Source: Octopus vulgaris
Lineage: Eukaryota
NCBI GenBank assembly: GCA_951406725.2
Contig: OX597822.1
Span: 59,210,001 to 59,274,000, forward strand
Length of the DNA: 64,000 bases
Direction of reading: 5' to 3'
Part shown: positions 11,462 through 22,014 of the stretch, piece after piece
How the letters are laid out: every line of letters starts with the position of its first letter
Position numbering within the stretch: position 1 is the stretch's first letter
Notes under the pieces: model-generated
What the model was told of the DNA's origin: nothing
Databases searched by the model: none
The model's input: only the letters and a program-made list of their open reading frames with translations
Position numbers and translations under genes: made by a program

Positions 11462-14400
11462 ATGGCTAAGCTGGGTTGTATAAATGTACGTGGAATGGGG
11501 TCGAAACGGAAACAAATTTGTTTCCTGAACGACCTCACGACACACGGTATAGATATTGCTATTGCAACCGAGTCCAAGATGAGCGAGACCCAAGCGTTCT
11601 CGCCTCTTCTAAATGGTTTCGAGAAATTTATTTCTCCTAGCCGAGGAAGAGGCAGAGGCGTGGCAGTCTTCATCAGGAAGAGCTTGGACTTGCAGGTAAG
11701 TACTGTCTTTCTGGATCCAGAAGGCAGGCTGGTTGTCCTGGATGTGACTCACGTAAGTAAACAGTCCTTCAGGTTGGGAGCTGTCTACGCCCCGAACGAG
11801 GGTAGACAGACGGGTTTTTTTCGGAACCTGGAGCCCTTTCTGGCGACGTCGAAAACAGTAATCCTAGTAGGGGACTTTAACACTGTCCTTGAAGCGCACA
11901 TCGACAATGTTGGCTCAACCAATAGGAAGGGGAACCCTAGCCTCAAGGGTCTACTAGAGAGCTTTGATCTAGTGGACCGTTACCGACTGGATGAGCCGAG
12001 CGTTCCACAGTGGACGTGGAGTAACAACGACGGCTCACACAGATCGTATCTAGATAGGATATTTATTAAGAAAAGAGATAAGGATACGTTTAGTTGTCCA
12101 CAATTTCATATTGTACCTTACTCGGATCACAAGTTTGTGACGTGTGAGGTGCAATTAGACAAGTGTCATAGACAGGGACCCGGGTACTGGAAGCTGAACA
12201 AGGCTATTTTGAATTGTGAAGACTTCCGTACCCGGATTAAGGTGTTAGTTCAGAGGGCATTGTGTGGCACCATCATTAACAATAGATGGTGGCACGCCCT
12301 CAAAAGAGCCATTCGTTTAGAGTCCGTCAGATTTAGCAATCAGCTAAGGATAGATAGGGCTAGTCTAGAGGGCGATTTAGTTAAGAATCTAGACGAGGCA
12401 ATGGAAGCTGGCTCTGCATCCGGAGTGTTGGCGGCAAGGACGGTATTGTACCGTCACCTTAACTCCAAACACGAAGGTTGCAGAGTCAGAGCTAAGCTGC
12501 GCGCTGGAAAACGAGAAGGTATTAACGTGGCCGGATGGGCCCGTCGTGTGGAGAGTAAGAGAGGCAATAGAGCCTCAATCAAATCTTTGACTGACGAACA
12601 GGGACTAAAGATCTATGGACAGGAGGAGATGCAAAAGTTTCTTCACCAGCATTTCGCTCGCGTGTTCGGGGGTGGTGGTTCGCTGGATCGGGGAGGGCCT
12701 TAAAGGACTTCCTGGCCGGCGGACCGCGGCTCGCGGGGCGTGAGGTGGAGTGCTGTGAAGGAGCGATCACTCCCGCGGAGATAAAGGAGATACTGGCCGG
12801 ATGCGCCGGGGAGAAGTCGCCGGGGTTGGATGGTCTGCCCTACGAGTTTTACCAAAGTATGCCGGACTTGTTCGGGGGAATACTGGCGGGCGTCTACACG
12901 AACTGGCAGCAGAATGGGAGAATTCCCAGTTCTGTAAGCCGGGGAGTGGTGACGCTAATCCAGAAAGACCCGAGCAAGGGGGATAATATTAGTAACTACA
13001 GGCCCATAACTCTACTTAATGTAGAGTTAAAGATTCTGGCCAAGGTGTTAGCAAAAAGGTTGACGGTTGTCGTGGAGAAACTTGTAGGGAGAGCACAGAC
13101 ATGTGCAATTCCAGGCAGGTCGATCCAGGACAATCTTCACCTTATACGCTACACCTTAGATAGGGTGGGTAAATTAGCCGGCAAAGGCGGGGTAATGGTT
13201 CATTTAGACCAAAGTAAAGCCTTCGATAGGGTAGACCACGGGTACCTGGCGACGGTCCTCGAAGCGACTGGGCTGGGCCCTGAATTTCGCGGGTGGATCT
13301 CCGCTATGTATAGCGGCATCAAGTCCACCGTCCAGATAAACGGTTACCTAACGGAACCGTTTTCGATCAAGTGTTCAGTGCGTCAGGGGTGCCCCTTGTC
13401 ACCACTTTTGTACGTATTGGCTCTTGAGCCACTGCTGCGAAAGTTGGAGAGGCTGGGGAGTAACTCGGATGAAATCGGAGGTGGGAGGACGGTTACTGCT
13501 TATGCGGACGACGTCACCCTCATCGTGTCCAAAGAGGCCCAACTACCTTGTGTAGAGGAGGCTATCAGAGGATACGAGGCGGTGGCAGGAGCAAAGGTTA
13601 ACAAGGACAAGTCGGTTGGCTTGCGCCTCGGCACCTGGAGGAGCAAGCCGATATCGTCCAGTGTCGTGGGACACTGGACGGATGGCCCTGTTAAGTTGCT
13701 GGGAGTTTGGTTTGGACCAGACTCCCAAACGGAGAAGAACTGGAGTGAGGTGACGAGCAAGGTGGAGGCCATAGTACGGACCTGGTCCGGAAGGTCTCTG
13801 TCCTTGAAAGGAAAGGCGGAGGTGGTACAGATGTTCATTGCATCTGTAATCACCTACCGCCTGACCGTTGTCCCTTGCCCCGATTCATGGCTTAACAAGT
13901 TGGGACGAATCCTTTTCCGCTTTTTGTGGAAAGGAGGAAAGCCACTTGTGAGACGCTCCGTTTGCTGCCAAGAACCGTTAAAGGGTGGGTTAGGGATGCC
14001 TTGGTTGATGATGCGCAGACATGCGTTGAGGCTAAGGCACCTCTGGCACCACCTGGAGGGTGATAAGGTGTGGAGTCCGCTGGCAGAGGGATTTTTCCCG
14101 AGACCGGCCTCCTTAGTGAAATTTAAACCCGGTTACATCAAAAGATGGAAACTGACTCCATGGCAAAAGGAGTGCCGACAGGCACTCACGCTGATCCACA
14201 GGACGGGCAAGGCCGGCTGCGGAAATACCACCTCGGTATTTTATAGAGGGCTGGTGGAGGCAAAAAATGACGACGTCCTAGGAGGGGCTCTGGGGTTCGA
14301 TGAAGACCAGCTCGCCAACCTGTTTAAAAAAACTTTCAGGTCGGGGTATTTGGATAATTTCCAAAGATCCCTGGCCTGGCAGTGCTACAGGAATGCTTTA

Positions 14401-14850
14401 CCTGTTCGCGAGAAGTTATCGCGGCACGGAGTTCCAGTGCCACCGACGTGTCCAAGGTGCGAGTTGGACGATGAAACCGTCCAGCACGCTTTTGTTCACT
14501 GTCGGAAGTTGTCCGACTTGATAAGTTACGCAGAACACGTGTTATCGCATCTGGGACGAGTACAGCTGTCGGCTGAGTCTATGATTAAGATGATACCGCC
14601 AACTGGACTCTCGAAGGAAGGTGAGGCATGTTTTCACTGCACGGTTGCAGTGGTAAAGGAATGCATGTGGAGAACGAGAATGGAAGGAGCCGCGATAGGG
14701 TCCTTTGTCTCCGGCCCCAGCTTGCTCACTTACTTCAGATATCATCTGAAGAGCAAAATGGGGCTGGAAAAGAGGACCTTACCGCGGGGTGTGTACGAGA
14801 AAAGATGGAAGGAAGTGGAAAGAAAGGTGGGTGTGAGAAACCCAGCTTGA
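11462..14850 (+). CDS. ORF2 APE-RT, unit 3 (G-run frameshift ~12692)
   Basis: ORFs 11462..12703 and 12745..14850. Confidence 0.9.
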
Positions 14851-15285
14851 CCATGGAGGAGAGAGAGGAAGTGGAAGCTGCAGGGCCTCATAAATTGCCG
14901 GGGTGTAAAAGCGCCAGTGAGACTACAAGTTCACCTACTGTTGTTTGCTATACTAGTTATGCAAAGGTTATTATTTTATAACGAATTTAAACAAAATTTT
15001 TAACCGAATCTCTTAAATGTTTTTGTATGTATGTCCTGTATTTGTCCTTCTGTGTATCGATTTTCATAATCTTAATAAAGAAATAGCTTATCAAGATGCC
15101 ATCTCATTATTGCTTTCTTTTTCCGTTTGCGTTGTGAGAAAATTGCTGCCTCCATTTAAGAGAGTCGAAGTTGTGATATTATTGTTTGTACTAACTGCTT
15201 TGAACAGTGCCCGTTGTGAAACGGTGATTTTCGCCCTACGGGGCAGAAAATTTTGTATTACTTGAATTTTGTTACCTTCGAGGTG

Positions 15286-16709
15286 ATGGAGTTCGACTTG
15301 ACGTCGAAGGACGATTTTCCCGTGATGGGAAAAAGTGAAACCACGGAAAATCAAGTACCCAAACAGTCATTCTCGGCCGCGGTGGGCGGCGCTATGATAG
15401 AGGTCGAATTTAAGATCGAACAGCTATACGAATACAGGAATCTTGTAAAAGTGGAAGGAGGTGAGATAAGGCTTGTACCGCCGCAAGCGAAAGTACAAGA
15501 AATCAAGGAAAGAATTGTGATTTATAAAGTGTACAGCTTTAAAGAAAAAAAGATTATGGATGTGAAAAATGAAATTGTCGAGAAGTGCCTGTCCCCGGTG
15601 TGGGACAGAATTCGTCACATCGCGAGAGGTGCACGCAGTGCTACGGTCGAGGTGCACTTTGACACGGCAGAGGTGGCGAAAGAGGTGTCGTCGTTAACCC
15701 TAAAAAGCGACGACATCATGTTGCTACCCTCGTATATGGGGAAGCGAACTGCAAAGTTAGTGGTAGAAGACATACCCAGAGGGTACGATATCATGTGGGT
15801 GGCAGCGGCGGTCCTGCACAACATGGAACGTGAAATAACAATACTGCAAATGAGAAGGAAGGAGGTGGTACGGTGGAAGGGTCAGACTTTGGAACTCCTC
15901 GTACAGGCAGAGAACAAGATCTTGGAGAGCCTGCCTGACAGAATCTTTAATGAGGACGGTACGTCCATGAGAGTTTCGGTGGAGGGACGTAGGCCCAGAT
16001 GCTTCAAGTGTGGAGAGAAGGGTCACGTCCGATCCAACTGTATTAAGAAAAAAAGAACAGAAGAAACGCCTACTCCAAGTGTACCTGTCACTGAAGGGGA
16101 GGAAACAAGCAAAAACAACAAAATGAAGAAGACAAGTACGGAAACAAAAACAGATTCAATAGAACTAATGGACTACACACAAGTCACTCACAAAAGAAAA
16201 AAGAGAATACCCAGGACTCCCCTCCCCAAACAAGGAAAAAAACAACAAACACAGCAGACACACACACCAAGCAAATCCCCCAACCCTACCCCCATGGCAC
16301 TGTTTTCATTGGAAAACAGTTTGCCAAACCCCTCCCCATAAAACAAGATATAAAAAAGTGCATATTGAAAAACGAAAGAATAATAGCTTTCGATGAGAAA
16401 AATGAGAAAGTTTACAAATGCTGCAAACTTTCGAGATTTACACTGTATAGTAGAACCTCAGATGGGAAGGCAACCGCTCGCTTCGCGAAGGTAGGGGAGA
16501 ACGAGTGGAAGGAGGAGGTTCTTCAGGAACACCTGAGGAACCGTCTATTAAGAGATGTGACCAAGGAGGTAGTGGAGGGCAAACTGGCAATAACTCCGGC
16601 AACCACACCCACCCAGAGCCCAGTGGCAACGCCGGTCAAGAGCCCTGCAGCAACGGAAGAAAGGGAAGCAGACAGATTGAAACTGTCATGCTCCCTTTCG
16701 CAACCGTGA
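15286..16709 (+). CDS. ORF1, unit 4 (1-bp A-run frameshift ~16200)
   Basis: ORFs 15253..16341 and 16365..16709. Confidence 0.85.
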
Positions 16710-16737
16710 GTACATTCATTTTTCTCTCTCGCCCACA

Positions 16738-19700
16738 ATGGCTAAGCTGGGTTGTATAAATGTACGTGGAATGGGGTCGAAACGGAAACAAATTTGTTTC
16801 CTGAACGACCTCACGACACACGGTATAGATATTGCTATTGCAACCGAGTCCAAGATGAGCGAGACCCAAACGTTCTCGCCTCTTCTAAATGGTTTCGAGA
16901 AATTTATTTCTCCTAGCCGAGGAAGAGGCAGAGGCGTGGCAGTCTTCATCAGGAAGAGCTTGGACTTGCAGGTAAGTACTGTCTTTCTGGACCCAGAAGG
17001 CAGGCTGGTTGTCCTGGATGTGACTCACGTAAGTAAACAGTCCTTCAGGTTGGGAGCTGTCTACGCCCCGAACGAGGGTAGACAGACGGGTTTTTTTCGG
17101 AACCTGGAGCCCTTTCTGGCGACGTCGAAAACAGTAATCCTAGTAGGGGACTTTAACACTGTCCTTGAAGCGCACATCGACAATGTTGGCTCAACCAATA
17201 GGAAGGGGAACCCTAGCCTCAAGGGTCTACTAGAGAGCTTTGATCTAGTGGACCGTTACCGACTGGATGAGCCGAGCGTTCCACAGTGGACGTGGAGTAA
17301 CAACGACGGCTCACACAGATCGTATCTAGATAGGATATTTATTAAGAAAAGAGATAAGGATACGTTTAGTTGTCCACAATTTCATATTGTACCTTACTCG
17401 GATCACAAGTTTGTGACGTGTGAGGTGCAATTAGACAAGTGTCATAGACAGGGACCCGGGTACTGGAAGCTGAACAAGGCTATTTTGAATTGTGAAGACT
17501 TCCGTACCCGGATTAAGGTGTTAGTTCAGAGGGCATTGTGTGGCACCATCATTAACAATAGATGGTGGCACGCCCTCAAAAGAGCCATCCGTCTAGAGTC
17601 CGTCAGATTTAGCAATCAGCTAAGGATAGATAGGGCTAGTCTAGAGGGCGATTTAGTTAAGAATCTAGACGAGGCAATGGAAGCTGGCTCTGCATCCGGA
17701 GTGTTGGCGGCAAGGACGGTATTGTACCGCCACCTTAACTCCAAACACGAAGGTTGCAGAGTCAGAGCTAAGCTGCGCGCTGGAAAACGAGAAGGTATTA
17801 ACGTGGCCGGATGGGCCCGTCGTGTGGAGAGTAAGAGAGGCAATAGAGCCTCAATCAAATCTTTGACTGACGAACAGGGACTAAAGATCTATGGACAGGA
17901 GGAGATGCAAAAGTTTCTTCACCAGCATTTCGCTCGCGTGTTCGGGGGTGGTGGTTCGCTGGATCGGGGGAGGGCCTTAAAGGACTTCCTGGCCGGCGGA
18001 CCGCGGCTCGCGGGGCGTGAGGTGGAGTGCTGTGAAGGAGCGATCACTCCCGCGGAGATAAAGGAGATACTGGCCGGATGCGCCGGGGAGAAGTCGCCGG
18101 GGTTGGATGGTCTGCCCTACGAGTTTTACCAAAGTATGCCGGACTTGTTCGGGGGAATACTGGCGGGCGTCTACACGAACTGGCAGCAGAATGGGAGAAT
18201 TCCCAGTTCTGTAAGCCGGGGAGTGGTGACGCTAATCCAGAAAGACCCGAGCAAGGGGGATAATATTAGTAACTACAGGCCCATAACTCTACTTAATGTA
18301 GAGTTAAAGATTCTGGCCAAGGTGTTAGCAAAAAGGTTGACGGTTGTCGTGGAGAAACTTGTAGGGAGAGCACAGACATGTGCAATTCCAGGCAGGTCGA
18401 TCCAGGACAATCTTCACCTTATACGCTACACCTTAGATAGGGTGGGTAAATTAGCCGGCAAAGGCGGGGTAATGGTTCATTTAGACCAAAGTAAAGCCTT
18501 CGATAGGGTAGACCACGGGTACCTGGCGACGGTCCTCGAAGCGACTGGGCTGGGCCCTGAATTTCGCGGGTGGATCTCCGCTATGTATAGCGGCATCAAG
18601 TCCACCGTCCAGATAAACGGTTACCTAACGGAACCGTTTTCGATCAAGTGTTCAGTGCGTCAGGGGTGCCCCTTGTCACCACTTTTGTACGTATTGGCTC
18701 TTGAGCCACTGCTGCGAAAGTTGGAGAGGCTGGGGAGTAACTCGGATGAAATCGGAGGTGGGAGGACGGTTACTGCTTATGCGGACGACGTCACCCTCAT
18801 CGTGTCCAAAGAGGCCCAACTACCTTGTGTAGAGGAGGCTATCAGAGGATACGAGGCGGTGGCAGGAGCAAAGGTTAACAAGGACAAGTCGGTTGGCTTG
18901 CGCCTCGGCACCTGGAGGAGCAAGCCGATATCGTCCAGTGTCGTGGGACACTGGACGGATGGCCCTGTTAAGTTGCTGGGAGTTTGGTTTGGACCAGACT
19001 CCCAAACGGAGAAGAACTGGAGTGAGGTGACGAGCAAGGTGGAGGCCATAGTACGGACCTGGTCCGGAAGGTCTCTGTCCTTGAAAGGAAAGGCGGAGGT
19101 GGTACAGATGTTCATTGCATCTGTAATCACCTACCGCCTGACCGTTGTCCCTTGCCCCGATTCATGGCTTAACAAGTTGGGACGAATCCTTTTCCGCTTT
19201 TTGTGGAAAGGAGGAAAGCCACTTGTGAGACGCTCCGTTTGCTGCCAAGAACCGTTAAAGGGTGGGTTAGGGATGCCTTGGTTGATGATGCGCAGACATG
19301 CGTTGAGGCTAAGGCACCTCTGGCACCACCTGGAGGGTGATAAGGTGTGGAGTCCGCTGGCAGAGGGATTTTTCCCGAGACCGGCCTCCTTAGTGAAATT
19401 TAAACCCGGTTACATCAAAAGATGGAAACTGACTCCATGGCAAAAGGAGTGCCGACAGGCACTCACGCTGATCCACAGGACGGGCAAGGCCGGCTGCGGA
19501 AATACCACCTCGGTATTTTATAAAGGGCTGGTGGAGGCAAAAAATGACGACGTCCTAGGAGGGGCTCTGGGGTTTGATGAAGACCAGCTCGCCAACCTGT
19601 TTAAAAAAACTTTCAGGTCGGGGTATTTGGATAATTTCCAAAGATCCCTGGCCTGGCAGTGCTACAGGAATGCTTTACCTGTTCGCGAGAAGTTATCGCG

Positions 19701-20127
19701 GCACGGAGTTCCAGTGCCACCGACGTGTCCAAGGTGCGAGTTGGACGATGAAACCGTCCAGCACGCTTTTGTTCACTGTCGGAAGTTGTCCGACTTGATA
19801 AGTTACGCAGAACACGTGTTATCGCATCTGGGACGAGTACAGCTGTCGGCTGAGTCTATGATTAAGATGATACCGCCAACTGGACTCTCGAAGGAAGGTG
19901 AGGCATGTTTTCACTGCACGGTTGCAGTGGTAAAGGAATGCATGTGGAGAACGAGAATGGAAGGAGCCGCGATAGGGTCCTTTGTCTCCGGCCCCAGCTT
20001 GCTCACTTACTTCAGATATCATCTGAAGAGCAAAATGGGGCTGGAGAAGAGGACCTTACCGCGGGGTGTGTACGAGAAAAGATGGAAGGAAGTGGAAAGA
20101 AAGGTGGGTGTGAGAAACCCAGCTTGA
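16738..20127 (+). CDS. ORF2, intact 1129 aa: APE endonuclease + reverse transcriptase + C-terminal Cys/His zinc motif (L1/Tx1 clade)
   Basis: APE motifs INVRG, ATESK, GVAV, YAPN, GDFN, YLDRIF, SDH. Tx1/L1-type GPGYWKLN follows the EN domain. RT motifs KSPGLDG, YRPITLLN, DQSKAFDRVDH, RQGCPLSPLLY, AYADD. C-terminal CX2CX8HX4C (CPRCELDDETVQHAFVHC). Confidence 0.97.
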   Translation: MAKLGCINVRGMGSKRKQICFLNDLTTHGIDIAIATESKMSETQTFSPLLNGFEKFISPSRGRGRGVAVFIRKSLDLQVSTVFLDPEGRLVVLDVTHVSKQSFRLGAVYAPNEGRQTGFFRNLEPFLATSKTVILVGDFNTVLEAHIDNVGSTNRKGNPSLKGLLESFDLVDRYRLDEPSVPQWTWSNNDGSHRSYLDRIFIKKRDKDTFSCPQFHIVPYSDHKFVTCEVQLDKCHRQGPGYWKLNKAILNCEDFRTRIKVLVQRALCGTIINNRWWHALKRAIRLESVRFSNQLRIDRASLEGDLVKNLDEAMEAGSASGVLAARTVLYRHLNSKHEGCRVRAKLRAGKREGINVAGWARRVESKRGNRASIKSLTDEQGLKIYGQEEMQKFLHQHFARVFGGGGSLDRGRALKDFLAGGPRLAGREVECCEGAITPAEIKEILAGCAGEKSPGLDGLPYEFYQSMPDLFGGILAGVYTNWQQNGRIPSSVSRGVVTLIQKDPSKGDNISNYRPITLLNVELKILAKVLAKRLTVVVEKLVGRAQTCAIPGRSIQDNLHLIRYTLDRVGKLAGKGGVMVHLDQSKAFDRVDHGYLATVLEATGLGPEFRGWISAMYSGIKSTVQINGYLTEPFSIKCSVRQGCPLSPLLYVLALEPLLRKLERLGSNSDEIGGGRTVTAYADDVTLIVSKEAQLPCVEEAIRGYEAVAGAKVNKDKSVGLRLGTWRSKPISSSVVGHWTDGPVKLLGVWFGPDSQTEKNWSEVTSKVEAIVRTWSGRSLSLKGKAEVVQMFIASVITYRLTVVPCPDSWLNKLGRILFRFLWKGGKPLVRRSVCCQEPLKGGLGMPWLMMRRHALRLRHLWHHLEGDKVWSPLAEGFFPRPASLVKFKPGYIKRWKLTPWQKECRQALTLIHRTGKAGCGNTTSVFYKGLVEAKNDDVLGGALGFDEDQLANLFKKTFRSGYLDNFQRSLAWQCYRNALPVREKLSRHGVPVPPTCPRCELDDETVQHAFVHCRKLSDLISYAEHVLSHLGRVQLSAESMIKMIPPTGLSKEGEACFHCTVAVVKECMWRTRMEGAAIGSFVSGPSLLTYFRYHLKSKMGLEKRTLPRGVYEKRWKEVERKVGVRNPA

Positions 20128-20563
20128 CCATGGAGGAGAGAGAGGAAGTGGAAGCTGCAGGGCCTCATAAATTGCCGGGGTGTAAAAGCGCCAGTGAGAC
20201 TACAAGTTCACCTACTGTTGGTTGCTATACTAGTTATGCAAAGGTTATTATTTTATAACGAATTTAAACAAAATTTTTAAACGAATCTCTTAAATGTTTT
20301 TGTATGTATGTCCTGTATTTGTCCTTCTGTGTATTGATTTTCATAATCTTAATAAAGAAATAGCTTATCAAGATGCCATCTCATTATTGCTTTCTTTTTC
20401 CGTCTGCGTTGTGAGAAAATTGCTGCCTCCATTTAAGAGAGTCGAAGTTGTGAATTTATTGTTTGTACCAACTGCTTTGAACAGTGCCCGTTGTGAAACG
20501 GTGATTTTCGCCCTACGGGGCAGAAAATTTTGTATTACTTGAATTTTTGTTACCTTTGAGGTG

Positions 20564-21986
20564 ATGGAGTTCGACTTGACGTCGAAGGACGATTTTCCCG
20601 TGATGGGAAAAGTGAAACCATGGAAAATCAGTACCCAAACAGTCATTCTCGGCCGCGGTGGGCGGCGCTATGATAGAGGTCGAATTTAAGATCGAACAGC
20701 TATACGAATACAGGAATCTTGTAAAAGTGGAAGGAGGTGAGATAAGGCTTGTACCGCCGCAAGCGAAAGTACAAGAAATCAAGGAAAGAATTGTGATTTA
20801 TAAAGTGTACAGCTTTAAAGAAAAAAAGATTATGGATGTGAAAAATGAAATTGTCGAGAAGTGCCTGTCCCCGGTGTGGGACAGAATTCGTCACATCGCG
20901 AGAGGTGCACGCAGTGCTACGGTCGAGGTGCACTTTGACACGGCAGAGGTGGCGAAAGAGGTGTCGTCGTTAACCCTAAAAAGCGACGACATCATGTTGC
21001 TACCCTCGTATATGGGGAAGCGAACTGCAAAGTTAGTGGTAGAAGACATACCCAGAGGGTACGATATCATGTGGGTGGCAGCGGCGGTCCTGCACAACAT
21101 GGAACGTGAAATAACAATACTGCAAATGAGAAGGAAGGAGGTGGTACGGTGGAAGGGTCAGACTTTAGAACTCCTCGTACAGGCAGAGAACAAGATCTTG
21201 GAGAGCCTGCCTGACAGAATCTTTAATGAGGACGGTACGTCCATGAGAGTTTCGGTGGAGGGACGTAGACCCAGATGCTTCAAGTGTGGAGAGAAGGGTC
21301 ACGTCCGATCCAACTGTATTAAGAAAAAAAGAACAGAAGAAACGCCTCCTCCAAGTGTACCTGTCACTGAAGGGGAGGAAACAAGCAAAAACAACAAAAT
21401 GAAGAAGACAAGTACGGAAACAAAAACAGATTCAATAGAACTAATGGACTACACACAAGTCACTCACAAAAAGAAAAAAGAGAATACCCAGGACTCCCCT
21501 CCCCAAACAAGGAAAAAAACAACAAACACAGCAGACACACACATCAAGCAAATCCCCCAACCCTACCCCCATGGCACTGTTTTCATTGGAAAACAGTTTG
21601 CCAAACCCCTCCCCATAAAACAAGATATAAAAAAGTGCATATTGAAAAACGAAAGAATAATAGCTTTCGATGAGAAAAATGAGAAAGTTTACAAATGCTG
21701 CAAACTTTCGAGATTTACACTGTATAGTAGAACCTCAGATGGGAAGGCAACCGCTCGCTTCGCGAAGGTAGGGGAGAACGAGTGGAAGGAGGAGGTTCTT
21801 CAGGAACACCTGAGGAACCGTCTATTAAGAGATGTGACCAAGGAGGTAGTGGAGGGCAAACTGGCAATAACTCCGGCAACCACACCCACCCAGAGCCCAG
21901 TGGCAACGCCGGTCAAGAGCCCTGCAGCAACGGAAGAAAGGGAAGCAGACAGATTGAAACTGTCATGCTCCCTTTCGCAACCGTGA
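20564..21986 (+). CDS. ORF1, unit 5 (two 1-bp deletions near the start; 442 aa open to the stop)
   Basis: ORF 20658..21986 reads through the zinc knuckle, the linker and the C-terminal domain; the homologous ATG is at 20564. Confidence 0.87.
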
Positions 21987-22014
21987 GTACATTCATTTTT
22001 CTCTCTCGCCCACA

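Larger units (their letters stand above)
9814..15104 (+). mobile_element. Tx1-like LINE unit 3 (full length, 15-bp duplication in 5'UTR)
   Basis: Complete unit; TTGTGATATTATTGT is duplicated at 9880-9909. Confidence 0.93.
15105..20381 (+). mobile_element. Tx1-like LINE unit 4 (full length, ORF2 intact)
   Basis: Complete unit with an uninterrupted 1129-aa ORF2. Confidence 0.95.
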
